64,000 nt of DNA from Tubiluchus corallicola (Eukaryota; Animalia; Priapulida). How positions within the stretch are numbered: the first letter of the stretch is position 1; every line of letters starts with the position of its first letter. The translations under genes were made by a program, and so were the position numbers. The stretch covers positions 124,001 to 188,000 of the forward strand of contig JAQGDQ010000012.1 in assembly GCA_030141605.1 (NCBI GenBank), written 5' to 3'. The notes beneath the pieces were generated by a model. The model did no database searches. It saw nothing but the letters and a program-made list of their open reading frames with translations, and was not told the DNA's origin. This document shows, one piece after another, positions 1-12,789 of the stretch.

Positions 1-169
1 ATATATGAAAGGAAAGCATATGGATTGGCCTGTTACATAAATTCTACTGTATGATTGCATAATAGATACAAATGCAACAACATAGACAAATAAGTGACGT
101 AATTATATTATAACGATTAATTTCTATAAACACCTGATCTTCAGTCCTATGGCCTGCACCTTGTTCCCG

Positions 170-1057
170 TGAAGTTTTGTGTTAGATTTTAGATTTTCAT
201 TGTATGTATACTGTTAACTTAACATTAAAGTTCAGAGTTTCGTTAGTTAAACAATAAGCACAATCCCGGTAATAAATCAATTTGAAAGTTAGTGTTAGCA
301 CCAGTGGACAGAGAATTATCTAAAAGTTAAGCGAATTTGTATGTTAGATTTTCATTGTACGTATTCTGTCAACTTAAAGTTTGGAGTTTGTTAGTTAAAA
401 CAATAAGCACAATCCCTGTAGTAAATCACTTTGAAACTTAGTTTTAGCACCCGTGGAGTTAGATTTTCATTGTACGTATTCTGTCAACTTAAAGTTTGGA
501 GTTTGTTAGTTAAAACAATAAGCACAATCCCTGTAGTAAATCACTTTGAAACTTAGTTTTAGCACCCGTGGAGACAGAATTTTCTAAAGGTCAAGTGATT
601 TTGTATGTTAGATTTTCACTGTATGTATTCTGTTAACTTAACTTTACAGTTTGGAGTTAGTTAGTTAAGCAATAAGCACAATCCCGTAGTAAATCACTTT
701 GAAAAGTTAGTTTTGGCATCCGTAGATACAGAATTTTCTAAAGGTCAAGTGATTTTGTATGTTAGATTTTCACTGTATGTATTCTGTTAACTTAACTTTA
801 CAGTTTGGAGTTAGTTAGTTAAGCAATAAGCACAATCCCGTAGTAAATCACTTTGAAAAGTTAGTTTTGGCATCCGTAGATACAGAATTTTCTAAAGGTC
901 AAGTGATTTTGTATGTTAGATTTTCACTGTATGTATTCTGTTAACTTAACTTTACAGTTTGGAGTTAGTTAGTTAAGCAATAAGCACAATCCCGTAGTAA
1001 ATCACTTTGAAAAGTTAGTTTTGGCATCCGTAGATAAAGAATTTTCTAAAGGTCAAG
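170..1057. repeat. Tandem array of a 154-bp unit, about 6 copies
   Basis: Anchor gattttca recurs at 192, 347, 462, 611, 765 and 919. The last three units (154-bp period) are near-identical; earlier units are diverged and one is shortened. Confidence 0.95.
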
Positions 1058-3913
1058 CAATAGGAATATTCAGTATTGGGCAATATAACTGACAGGTATA
1101 TATTGTGTGTATGCCATTTAAGGGTCTTATAACAAACACTATGTATGCTCAGCTTCAGGTGTGGATCTCGTTAAACAAAATCTGATGCCTTTTATTATGT
1201 AATGCACTTGAACTGAAAATAATATTTTGCTGCGATGAACAGAATTATTTACTTAACAAAGTGTTGCCAGATTTATTTATCTTTTCATTAAGACAGTGTA
1301 TACATAAACATAATTAGAATAATTTCAAATAACCTGTATAAAATATCCACAAATTCAAATATTAGTAAGGAGCAATTTCTAAAAGAACTTGCATTTCAAG
1401 CCAAGTAAACCCTAAAGGTGAATTTACAAGTATGCGCAGTTTAAAAATGTAGAAAAATGTTTGACAACAGAGAAAAAGCACTACAGCTAAAATGCACAAA
1501 TTACTGTAACATTATCATTGCACAGTAAGAATACGAGTAAATTAATCTGACTCTGGTATGAAAACCACCTGGAAAACTTTCAAATAATATTTTAACTGGC
1601 TTGGCACTTATTACTGCACACTAGAGCACTACATTATGAATCCTTTATCCACTGAACAAATGAGGATTGTGCTACATAAAATACAAAACTATAGCTGAAC
1701 ACATGAATGGTAGTGCAACATTTTGTTTTCTTGTCTAATATTTGGCATTATGCCAAAAAGTTGACTGCTTTGTAACGCACCGTTCTAAGTTTAATATTGC
1801 CTGTTTTCAGATTCTTACAACAAAATTTTTTTATCAGTTCCAACTTTTATGGTTTGTATTCAAAATCTAGATATACATGCATACCAAAATCATTTTTGAG
1901 AATAACAGAACATTTCCATCTACATGTATGTGTAACAGTAATCATGCTGACATCTGCAACCTTTATAATTTCTGTACTTATTTTTATAAATTTAGGTAGT
2001 TTTAAATGCTTTACAGTATCGTCACAGCTCACATGTTCTACTTTGAATGAACTGTAATTATAAAATAACCTATACTTTTAACTCAGATCTGCTGATTTGC
2101 TGGCATGTAACACATTTTGAAATCACGCTTAGCAACAGTAATGTCTTTGTTAAGGCAGCATTTACACTGTTACACATTAACATTTGCCATAAGATTAAGA
2201 AAATAAAACTAAGTTGTTAAGATAAAAATCGTATTAAAATATGTGTATTATGTCTGGTTTGACGAACCAGAAATTCCAAAAGTACTATAGTATTAAGTCA
2301 CATCACCACAGTTCAAACCACAATATTGACATTAACAGTATCGTGAAGTACTGCTAAACCACATCACAACAATCAAAAACTACAACAAAAGTGAAATTAA
2401 CAACCGTATAATTATGCTTCCATAATATAATACATTTTCATAAAATTAAAAATCTATATTAACATAAAATTCAAATAAGTGTAAAATCAAAGATACGAAG
2501 CATGTGATAGCATCACAAAATGCAGGTATTAACAGAGGTCCCATTCAATGAAATGTAATGTTTTCCACATAAATACAATCAATCAGTAATTATTTCAAGA
2601 ATCACAGCTTTAACCTAGTATGTACATTATAATAAATCACACATGCCACTTAAATTCTCTAATAAATGTTTGCAGTATATGCCACAAAAACTTATTTCTC
2701 ATGAAACCTTGTATGCAGAATTGAATCCTTACGTGATTTAAACAATAGCAAACAATTATGCCTTAATAATTTCAAAATTTCCTTTATCGAAATCTCACAA
2801 TACAATGCACAACAAATGTGTCAGAACAGAGAGAAATTTTCACAATAGAACTAGGAATCTCACAACCGACATTACCAAATTCAAAGCAATTTTATGCTTC
2901 TCAGTTTGTTTAGCTCTCAGTTTCTGGTCTGAGAGACAATAATTCTGTTAAAGTCTTAGCTTTGGTCTTAATGAACCCAAAGTGCAAAACTAATGCATTT
3001 TTAGTTCATACACGTATCCCTCTGTTTAAGCAAAACAAAACAGACAAATAGACTGCAGAAAAATTTCCAATTGTGATTCAAGATTTTGTTCCATTTTGAA
3101 TGATCTTTGTTTGATTTTTTACTTAACTGGCATCACAAAAGTTTTTAGAGAAAAGATCAAAGTTTTTACTAGGAATGTTTAATTTTGGTCTTGCATTAGT
3201 TTGCATTAGACAGAAAGTTTCCAAAAATGAAAAATATTAGTAACACCAAAAAAGTGAAAACGAAATAAAGCTACAGTATTATGCAAACAGGAAGCAGCAT
3301 TTTGCATTTGTAAAAATACAGAAATTAAGAGTCAAACACAAATTTCAATTTCTATATTGAAGTTAACCAGACACCAAAAAGTGCAAATATAAGAAGTGGA
3401 AGCCAGATGAGTGAGCGCACATTATTTAACTGAAACTCTTTTAAAACTAAAAAGACTAAGACTAAAACAAGCTGGAAGCTGCCATGCATTGTCACTACTC
3501 ACAAATACTACTGCCTACTAGAATGAGTAATTATTTGCACAAAATTTGGCACCGGAGTTATGTGCTTGCAGATTCGATACACAACATTAAGACACAAAAG
3601 GCTTAAATAGTGAAGTACAATGCAATTTTTACAAGCAATATAAAGTTTTTTAAACAAGTAAGAAAGCTTAAGGCACGTTATGATATACAAGTTTAGTCGA
3701 ACAGATGCAATCCATAATTACTCCTGAAAGTGCAGTTTTATCAGTGCTCAACACTGTATTTGGTTTTTAGCATTATTTTTCTAAAATATTGAAGGTAATT
3801 TATCATTTGGCCTAATTTGACTTAAGATTGAAAAAGCATACCTTTTATAAACCAACTACACTATCAGTGATTGTATTTTGCAACCAAATTGGTGCTATGG
3901 AGTCACTACTTAT

Positions 3914-4500
3914 CAGTGGCGTAGCTAGAGTTTGTGGTGCCCTGGACAACCCTTGAGTTTGTTCTCTCAATGAAATATACAATGTACTAACAACATTTAT
4001 GATTTTGATTTCGTACAATTGACTCGCAATGCATTGTAGTCACGATAAGTTGTGGAGATAAACACTGCTGAAGTTTGAATATAATAAGCACTACTGAAAA
4101 ATTGAAATAAATTATTTTTGCGTGCTTCAAAGTTATGATAGAAGCTACTTAGAAGCTTCTTCAGATGTTAACACAGTAAACAACATGATTATAAATATAC
4201 TTCACAGTTAACACAAGACAATGTGTACAGACAAGAAATTTCGAAAACAAACAAATATTACAAGATATTAAAGTACTAATTATCATCTTTGTCACAAACT
4301 TTCAACAGTAAGCATTATAAGCAGTGTTTTTATAGAAAATGGAAATTATTGCTGGTGTTTTGCCCTTTGCTAGAAAAAAAAACACGAAGACAACGAAAAA
4401 CGTTTAAATGTTTGTTAAATTAATGTTAGGAAAATCACACGCCAGCATCGAACTTGATTGAAGTGCCTGCCGGGTGGACCACCCCATAGCTACACCACTG
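3914..4500. mobile_element. Non-autonomous hAT-like MITE (about 590 bp)
   Basis: Terminal inverted repeats CAGTGGCGTAGCTA ... TAGCTACACCACTG (13/14 match); flanks ctacttat/gtgtttat may be a decayed 8-bp TSD; no ORF. Confidence 0.75.
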
Positions 4501-5313
4501 GTGTTTATGACATAACAGAGCAAAGTAATTTTCAATTACAAGGTAACAAGCCTAATGCATTTACTGGTGCAAAAATATTACAAAAGAATAATTAGTTTGT
4601 TCAGCTGTCATAGTTCACCACTTTGCTTTGCCACTTATCAGGGAAAATTTGTTGAAACTTATATAACTTTGTTACTTTTTCTGAGATAATCAGAAAAAGC
4701 CAAACCGAAGGTTTTTTTTAAGTATACTTAGATGGAAGAAGACAGTACATACACCTTATGGTCTAATATTATTGCCAAACTAAGAAATAAATGGTTTTCT
4801 GGAATAGAAAAATCTATCCAGTTATAAATATAATGACTGGGATGCACATTAAATATCTGCATGGGAATGAAATAAATTAGAAAATGATTATAATTATATA
4901 ATTAGTAAAAATCTGCATAGAATAGCAAAAATATTGAAAAACACAGTAATGGCTGCTTATTGAAAAAAGAACAATAGATATAATAACTATGAAAAGTTGC
5001 CAAAAAAGTCGTTTGACCCTGAAAATGCTCAACTATGCAAAGTCATGAGTCATGAAATGAAACAATAGGCATATCAATGCAGCATACTATACAATGAGCA
5101 TTGAGTCTACAATCATCTGAGAAAAGTCTATTAAAGGGAATAAATCAACAAAGGACATTCCAAAGATAAAAAAGTGAGCAGATACTACATATTACTAACC
5201 ATTATAATAACCAACATTACCCAAATCACAAGATATAAACCAGCTTAGAAAATTTTACATATAAACAATTAAGGAAAAAGTGCTAAAACACGTCTTTTGG
5301 CAATTTTTCATGA

Positions 5314-5534
5314 TCATGCAGAACTTTCACCAACGGTAACAGTTTTCTCCTTATAGAAGATCTCCTGTTCATCACCATCACATATAAGGCAGAGAGAACC
5401 ACCAAAAAGAAAAATGGCAGCTCCCCAAGCAACTCCATATGCCCATCCAAACTCCCATTCTTCTCGGTGCAAATTTGCCATCTCTTTGGAAAACTTGATG
5501 GGGAAAATTAGCAGTGCTATGGTCATTAAAACAA
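5314..5534 (-). CDS. TMEM47: TMEM47-like coding exon 4 (TM3/TM4, C-tail, stop)
   Basis: Acceptor ttctag|TT GTT; contains ORF 5314..5526; TGA stop. Confidence 0.94.
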
Positions 5535-8500
5535 CTAGAAGAATAAATTATAACAATTTAGATGTGATTACAGTCCATATGACACGCATGGATGAATAAA
5601 AGATTATTGAGAAGTTTCAATCACGTATATAAGCTCTAAGAGGTTAAATTTTAGCACAGGATTAAAATAAGGTAAAAAAGCAACCAGTAAAGGCAGTAAC
5701 ACTTGAAAAAGAATTACTAAGCACATATTTTGTGAAATTGAAACATGACTGTTTTGACAAAGAAACAGTTTCATAACTACTGTATATTGTGAACAATACC
5801 TTTGCCAAATGAGATTATATTGTGATTGTTTATTTACCAGGTATGATGCTACAAACACAAAACGCAAAGTCTTGCTGAAATAAGTAATTTGCTAGTAACA
5901 GTAACTCAATGCTTATAACATCCAAAACACAATAACTCACCTCCAAAAAGCATTATGGCACAAGACAGAAGGTACATCCCTCTCTTCAGGGAATTGTCTT
6001 TCGTGATGAGACCAATAGCGACGACTGCTCCGCCGAGCAATGCACAAACAAGGCAAATAATAGAAAATGCTCGTGTAGCTTTCAGCCATGCTAAACAACA
6101 ATAAAACTTTCATTTTTAGCAGTTTATTTAACAGAGCAGAGAAATCAGTAAACTCGTCAGATTTGTACTTTATTAATTATTAATTATGAAACCTATCGTT
6201 TATGAACATATACTGCAGGATCATTTATGAAGATGTATTTAGTAAATAGCAAAAACACTTTTACATATCACAGGTAAGAAAAATTACCATTCAATATTGA
6301 CAAAAAATTTTCAGGAATAAAATTTAGACAATATACTTACTCGATAAATCTTTCATTTGGTTGCATGAAAGAGAAATTTTGCCATTGTACTGCAAGTGTA
6401 TTATTAATTTCTTGCAAATCACACAAAGCTTATTGCAATGCAAAATGTTCAAATATAGCAATTATCCTCTCCATCAAAACACACGCTTGGTATCACACAA
6501 TGGCAATTAAAATAGCACAGCTAGGTATCAAAAGTAGCTATATTAGGTATCAATTGTAGCCCCAGGATGGTGGACAAAAGCCTAAGTTCTTAAAACTACA
6601 TAAGCAACCTTTCTTGTTGCCAATCAAATCAATATTGAAACTAAAAAACCCTTGATTACAGACTCTGAAATGGATTAATGCGAGGTTTCCAAGCTTGTCC
6701 AAGAATCAAAACAACCTTGCGAATTTAGTAAATTCTTTTACCAGTATGGAGCTTAGGGGCTAGTACTTTAATACTGTGCTCTGCATTGTTAATTTTCATT
6801 ATATTTTGTCTCTAAATGTATTCCATTACTAAAAAAACACGAAATTACTTACGTTGAACACTTTCAATAGAAGAGCAACCCTCCTGGTAGGGTGTGTCAT
6901 ACGGTAGAGGAGTAGGGGCGGGAAAGCTCACACACCGGCTCCATAATCCTTGCCTGTAGCCTTCTGACTCCAACCAAGCTGTACTAGCCATGGCAATGAT
7001 GAGCAAAAGCAAACTAATGCAACAGCACATAAATGAGATGACCTGAAATGTAAAAAACTTTTATTTAACAATTTTTAGTATTTATTATGTAATAACAAGA
7101 CATTATGAAATACTGAATGCTTGAGAATTATTGATCATTAAGGCCAGAGTCACACTGTGGCTGCATACTATGAGTTCGACCATTGAGAACAGCAGAGTTA
7201 GCCGTGCAGGCGCAAAGATAAACCTCGATCAAAGTTCCTTTCCGTGAACTTGTCCTGCCAATTAAAAAAGCCGTTCTAAGCACAGTTGCAGCTTGACCTC
7301 AATGCTAATATTATATGAGATAAAACAGTCTAATTATATAATACCATTTTGGCTGGGATATAGCTATCAAGAAAATTCAATCTTAATGTAGCTCTAATCA
7401 CAAGTGCTGCAATTTTCTTATCCCACAACTAGCCCAAAATACGAAACACACAAACACATTCCTGCCTGTCCATTCTGTATCATTTAATTATATCAGATTT
7501 AAGCACAGCAGTACATGCCTTCCATTATAGTAAGATCCCAGTGTGACGAAATTAGATTATCTATATACATACAGATATTGTCATGCTAAATTAATTTATC
7601 AGAACAGTGCCTGTCGGTGTATTGATGCAAAAACATGATTAATAATTCATGAAAATAGCATAGTCGTTATAACACACAATAATTATCAATACCTACCCGT
7701 AAGAGAAGCAAGCCTTCTGCTTTCACTTTGCTTTCCATATTTGCAAATCCCAATTTAATTTAATACTATTTTTCCCATTCAAATGCCATGTAGAAATAAT
7801 TTACATCCTGTCCTTCCTTTCAGTAACAATTTTTCTCCTTTCATGACATCTCATAGCAGTTCATTTGAAACTTGTAAACATGGGAACCACAGCAGAGTCT
7901 AATTATAAATGTGATCACAAAATTCTAGGCATACAAACAATTTTACTTTTTTACCACAGCAATTAATGGGCAATGACTTACGTACACGCTCGTGTGATGT
8001 AAAACAAGCTGCTTATTGTACTGTTACAGCAATAAATTTTTGCCTATGAAAACCAATTATCCAATCAAATGCAATTTCATAATTGTGAACTTTCCACTTT
8101 TGCCTCCAGCAAAAGTTCATCAAGCAGAGCTCAGTTACAAGTTAAAATGATTAACAACAAACTTCTATAAAATTTTGGTAAGTGAATTTTGATTTTGCCA
8201 ACAAGTGAATTTTTGTTCTTGATATCAAAGAGAATGCACACATTCACAAAAAGTGAATGTCTTCTTTAAATCAATTTCTTGCATCTGTGCAAGTGTTAAC
8301 TTTGTTAAATGTGAACATAGTGACAAAACAAAATTTCATTTAATAATCCCATAACATAACAAACAAGCACTTTTCTGACTAACCACAGCTCTGGTAAGCA
8401 CTTTTTTTAAATTTCTTAAACAGCCAGTATAATCTATTCCAGAAATTTTAACGCAAGACACATGACAGTATGATGCTTCCTGAGCACTTGCACGGGTTGA

Positions 8501-11152
8501 TAATGAGACCTAGCGGTTTCAGTGCACGTATTGTGAGTGCAGCAATGGTTTATTTACACACATCACTTCCTGGCCAACAATCACCCAAGGATTGTCCACA
8601 ATAAGCTTGACCCAGAAAACTAAAACTACATTCAAATAAATTTGAAAGCATGGCGAATTAAGGCATCAAGTTCTGTTGTTAATGATGGGCCTGTCAGGAG
8701 AACAAATCTGCCTGAAATAATTAGGGGAATTTGGGAGTAGATGGACTGTGCATGAGCGGGAGTGATCTGCTTTGCAAAAAGCAAGATAACTAGAAGTCTC
8801 TATATACGAATCATCTGAATAATTCTTCTACGGGCAAATTTCAGACTAAAGAAATCAATAAACTAAAACTAACCTTTTAAATTTCTTCTCACTAGTACTC
8901 TTCTACTATTAATGGTAGTGTGAATTCAAATGTAACAAACATCTAATGAGTCAGAACAGTAATTTCACAATTACAAATAGTTATTGCACTATAAATAATA
9001 ATTACTGTAAGTACCAATAAACACCTGCAAATCAAGTCAGTCAGTATCTAAGTTTCATGTTGTACTTAGTTTCAGTAAGTTTTTAGTTTTTGCATAGGCT
9101 TAGTGTTAACATCACTTTACAGTAAACCAACGAATATATATATATATATATATACATTACTCTCATTAAGTAATTCGCCAAAACAAAAATACCATTGCCA
9201 TTTTACACATTGTTTTCATAGCCTTTTGACTGTCAAGTTGTTGATTAATTTTATTAATTCATTGAAGGCTGCAAAATCAGATCAAGGTTAATAACATAAG
9301 AGGCTTGTGAGTTTTTTGGCTGCTTTATCTTAGGAGGATCTTGATTTACTGACTTGCCGAAACTGACAGTAATATGACATCCTATGATTGTCAGCCAAGG
9401 TTAATACATTAATACATAACAAACAGTGATGAAAATGGAAAGAAACAGAAAATTGTCTTACTTCTTAAATTTTGTCAAGTAAAAAATTTTGATAGCTCAC
9501 TCTAAAATTACAATATAGACTTGCCATGTGTCGTGCACACTATGGTATAGCAAATAAAAAATGTAAATAGTCAACCACACAGAAAAAACAGATCATGTTA
9601 AGTTTTGAAGCAAATTTTCATTTTCTATTTTTTTTACATTAGCAGGGATTTGAAGATTTAATAATAACGCACGTAAATGTTAGACTATGCTCATATCATT
9701 GCAAACAATGAGCTTTGTTTTTCTAAATACCCAATTACACATTCTCTTCTATTTTAAGAAATCTTGTGAATTTTCACTGCTTTTGCTTACATTTTATACA
9801 CGTCTTAATTATCACAAAACATTGTATTTTTACATGACAGTGATGCTCTGCATATCATTACATAAAATATCACTACTTTATACTAAATAAAAAGAAAGCA
9901 TTAATGAAACACAACAATAACACTAAATTCTAAAATAGTTAAGCAAATCATTTTTTTCTGCAAAGTATTGATGCCTTGTTTTATTCTAATTATAATTAAG
10001 CTAATTTTTTAACACAATGTATAGTGTTTTTGTAAATTATGATTTTGTAATTCAAGTTGTAAATTTGCTAGACTGAATTTACAGACTGCACCAAACTTTT
10101 ATTGTGAAAATATTTTTCTTCGGCATCTAAATTAACCAAATTAAGCATAATATTGTCAGCTTAAGAAGGAACTATTGAATTCAGAAAATCCTGCAATAGA
10201 GCTACTTAACACACAGCACATGAATTTTGGTCTTTAATAAAAGGATACTACCAAATAATAAGGTCTGGAAGAGTAAGCATATATATCTGATAACCTGCAA
10301 TTGTAAACTTAATTTTTTAGTTGCGAAAAAGCCTCCAAATAGCAAGAAATGTCTGTTTCTTGGTTGCTGCCCAGAATCTAGGGCGAAATCTAAACTACAA
10401 GCTACAGCCTCAGGCCAACTCCAGTTCCAGTTGTTTTCATTTTACAATTTCAACCCTAGTAAAAATGCCTGCAAAGCATTTTAAACATAGTGGGAAATCA
10501 TGTAGGTTCTTATTAAAGTGCATTCAAACTCTCCTTCCATAATAAACACTATTAAATAACACACTAATGATCAATAATCTGCAAATCATACATTGAGTAT
10601 TACTTAAGCAAAAAATAATGCATATGACAATAACTTCGCCCAGAGGAAAACACAAAATTGGAGTACAGGGTGATGTACACTGTTTTCATTTGGTTTTATT
10701 AGCGGCCTTTTTCAATAAAATCTTAAAGATACAGATAGGCAAGATGCCAACATATCATTTAAATGCATTCACAAACAAACAAGCAAAATGCAGTAATTAT
10801 AGTTATTGCTCCTGTTTTTTTTTCAGTGAAAGCAGTAGACCATTCAAAGCAAAACACATGATGAATGACAAATACCATCTTTATTTACATAACGGCCAAG
10901 ACAAGTTTCCTTGTGTTACCTTATTTGTATTATGAAGGTTCAAAATCAGCTGCTACAAAAAATATCATCTAGTGCAACTATACATAGAGCGAAAGTTTGC
11001 GTTAGCCTTTATATGTGTTATTCATTGTGGTGTCTTTGAATTTGTACATGTTAACTACTCATAAATGGAGTAATGCACTTAAAAATACGGAGATAAATTT
11101 ATACCTTTATCGGTCGAACCACTATAAATTTTTCGGTAGTTGCTGATACCAT
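5314..11152 (-). CDS. TMEM47: TMEM47/VAB-9-like tetraspan protein (PMP22/EMP/claudin superfamily), 4 coding exons, 202 aa
   Basis: join(complement 11105..11152, 6853..7042, 5941..6090, 5314..5534), all GT-AG, phases 0/1/1, 609 nt. Protein MVSATTEKFIVVRPIK|VISFMCCCISLLLLIIAMASTAWLESEGYRQGLWSRC...PTPLPY...GC...|WLKATRAFSIICL...|...IFPIKF...WEFGWAYGVAWGAAIFLFGG...EEIFY-like tail QEIFYKEK. It has the W-GLW-C-C claudin-family signature, four hydrophobic segments, and the RP[LI]K and F[GN]W[AG]YG[VL]AWG motifs I recall from TMEM47. Confidence 0.92.
5941..6090 (-). CDS. TMEM47: TMEM47-like coding exon 3 (TM2 and start of TM3)
   Basis: Acceptor gtttag|CA TGG, donor GGAG|gtgagt; reads WLKATRAFSIICLVCALLGGAVVAIGLITKDNSLKRGMYLLSCAIMLFG. 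Confidence 0.92.
6853..7042 (-). CDS. TMEM47: TMEM47-like coding exon 2 (TM1 and extracellular loop 1)
   Basis: Acceptor tttcag|GTC, donor C|gtaagt; overlaps ORF 6845..7030. Confidence 0.93.
7142..7550. mobile_element. Possible old PIF/Harbinger-like MITE in the TMEM47 intron
   Basis: TAA|GGCCAGAGTCACACTG left end and inverted cagtgtgac at 7539..7547; right end degenerate. Confidence 0.3.
11105..11152 (-). CDS. TMEM47: TMEM47-like coding exon 1 (MVSATTEKFIVVRPIK)
   Basis: ATG at 11152, donor AAG|gtataa, phase 0; RPIK matches the TMEM47 N-terminal RPLK motif. Too short for the ORF track. Confidence 0.85.
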
Positions 11153-12789
11153 CCTGTATTATGCAAGAACTTCCTTCCATACCATTGTGAAATGTACCAT
11201 GTTACCACTTTAATTATCCATTGAAACCTGCAATATCAAGCCAGTTAAGTAATATTCAATTATACATTATATACATTGAATTGTTCTGTCCTTCGTGTGC
11301 CAGGAAAATATCATACCCATCGTGCTGACATGTACATAATCAACTGTTGCTAGCAAAGACAACTAGTACCACATTAAAAATTTATTAGTTACATATGTAA
11401 TTATTTAGCCAGTGGAGGAGTGTCTGAAAACTATTGACATATGAATCACCTGAAAATAAGCAAGTTTAATGCAAACGTTCACTGTGTTGCAAATATACTC
11501 AGTGGTATATTTAGCTCCAACATAACCCCAAGAAAATGTAACCAAGGGTGGAACTGTCCCAAGTCAAATCATACCATAGTATTGCAAAAGTAAAGTAGGC
11601 ATTCATGAAGCAGTGGTAAGTTAATTATCAAAAATGCAAACTCTGCATAAATTTGCAACATGTAGACTAAGAGTATGCGCCGTAATAAATGCATTTCCAA
11701 TGAGTTTTATTTACTGTATAACACTTTGGTCTACAGCTACAACAGAGATAAGATATGCTAAACATCCTTTAATACTAAATATGACATTTCCATGTATAAT
11801 ACTTTGATAAAATCCATTATCTAGTAAGCACACAAAGTATTTTGTCATGCTTTTCCAAAATCAACATTTCACATATTGTTCTATATAGTTTCCTTCATTT
11901 TGTATTGATTCTTTTGATAGTTGAATGTTACAAATTGACAGTCACTACATAATATAAACAAACTTGCATTTAAAATCATAGTGAACAAATAACATACAGA
12001 AAATAATAATTGAACACAATATTTAAGCCAATCTATCCTCTAATTTAGGTTTTTTATACATTTTTGCTTCTCCTATAGAAGTAATCATTATACCTAACGG
12101 TATATCACAAAGGACTAGTGAACAAATAATAGATCACCTTTTGTCACTAACATTTGAATGGGTTACTACAGGGTTATTACATTGTCAAAGGTAGTGAAGT
12201 GTTGCCAAATTGGGCATTCTGTTGATGGGTCAAGAAAAATTCTTCTTTCTATGCCAGATGAAACTGATGTGTGTAATAATATTTATAAAACTATAAAATG
12301 CATATAGAAGGAAATAACTTCGGTGCTGATCAGTATAAATTTAATGTGAGGCATTCTCAAGTATTTTAGTGTCTATGTGTACGTTTCTACCTAAGACCTA
12401 ATGGTATGCTACAGAGAAACTCGGGTGAAGACTTAGCTGGCTGAAGCAAAGCAGTGTGACTAACATCACTGCAAGGTTTACTCAAAAATTCTTGAATGAT
12501 AAATGTGGGCAACAAGCAATGCGAATGACATTCATGAGCTGGTGCCTGAGAATACTATGTGGGATGTTCGTGCTTGCAACACATCTCAATGCACTTGTTT
12601 TCTTCTTTATAGTGTATTAACTGTTTTAAAAATTTGACAGATACAATTTAAAATCATAGTGAACAAATAACATACAGGAAATATTAATTCAGCACAATAT
12701 TTAGATAAGTGTCACCGATGGATCAAAGTATGCGGAAGGCCACATGAGCAACTCAACCCATCTCTTATATTAATATTCTTGGTATATAT

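Noticed and set aside
170-1057. Possible CRISPR-like array
   Set aside because: Whole 154-bp units repeat with no unique spacers; eukaryotic context and no cas genes.
11968-12705. About 55-bp dispersed duplication (tttaaaatcatagtgaacaaataacataca at about 11969 and 12647); similar pair at about 14805 and 15033
   Set aside because: Real, but short AT-rich local duplications with no TSD or terminal structure that defines an element.
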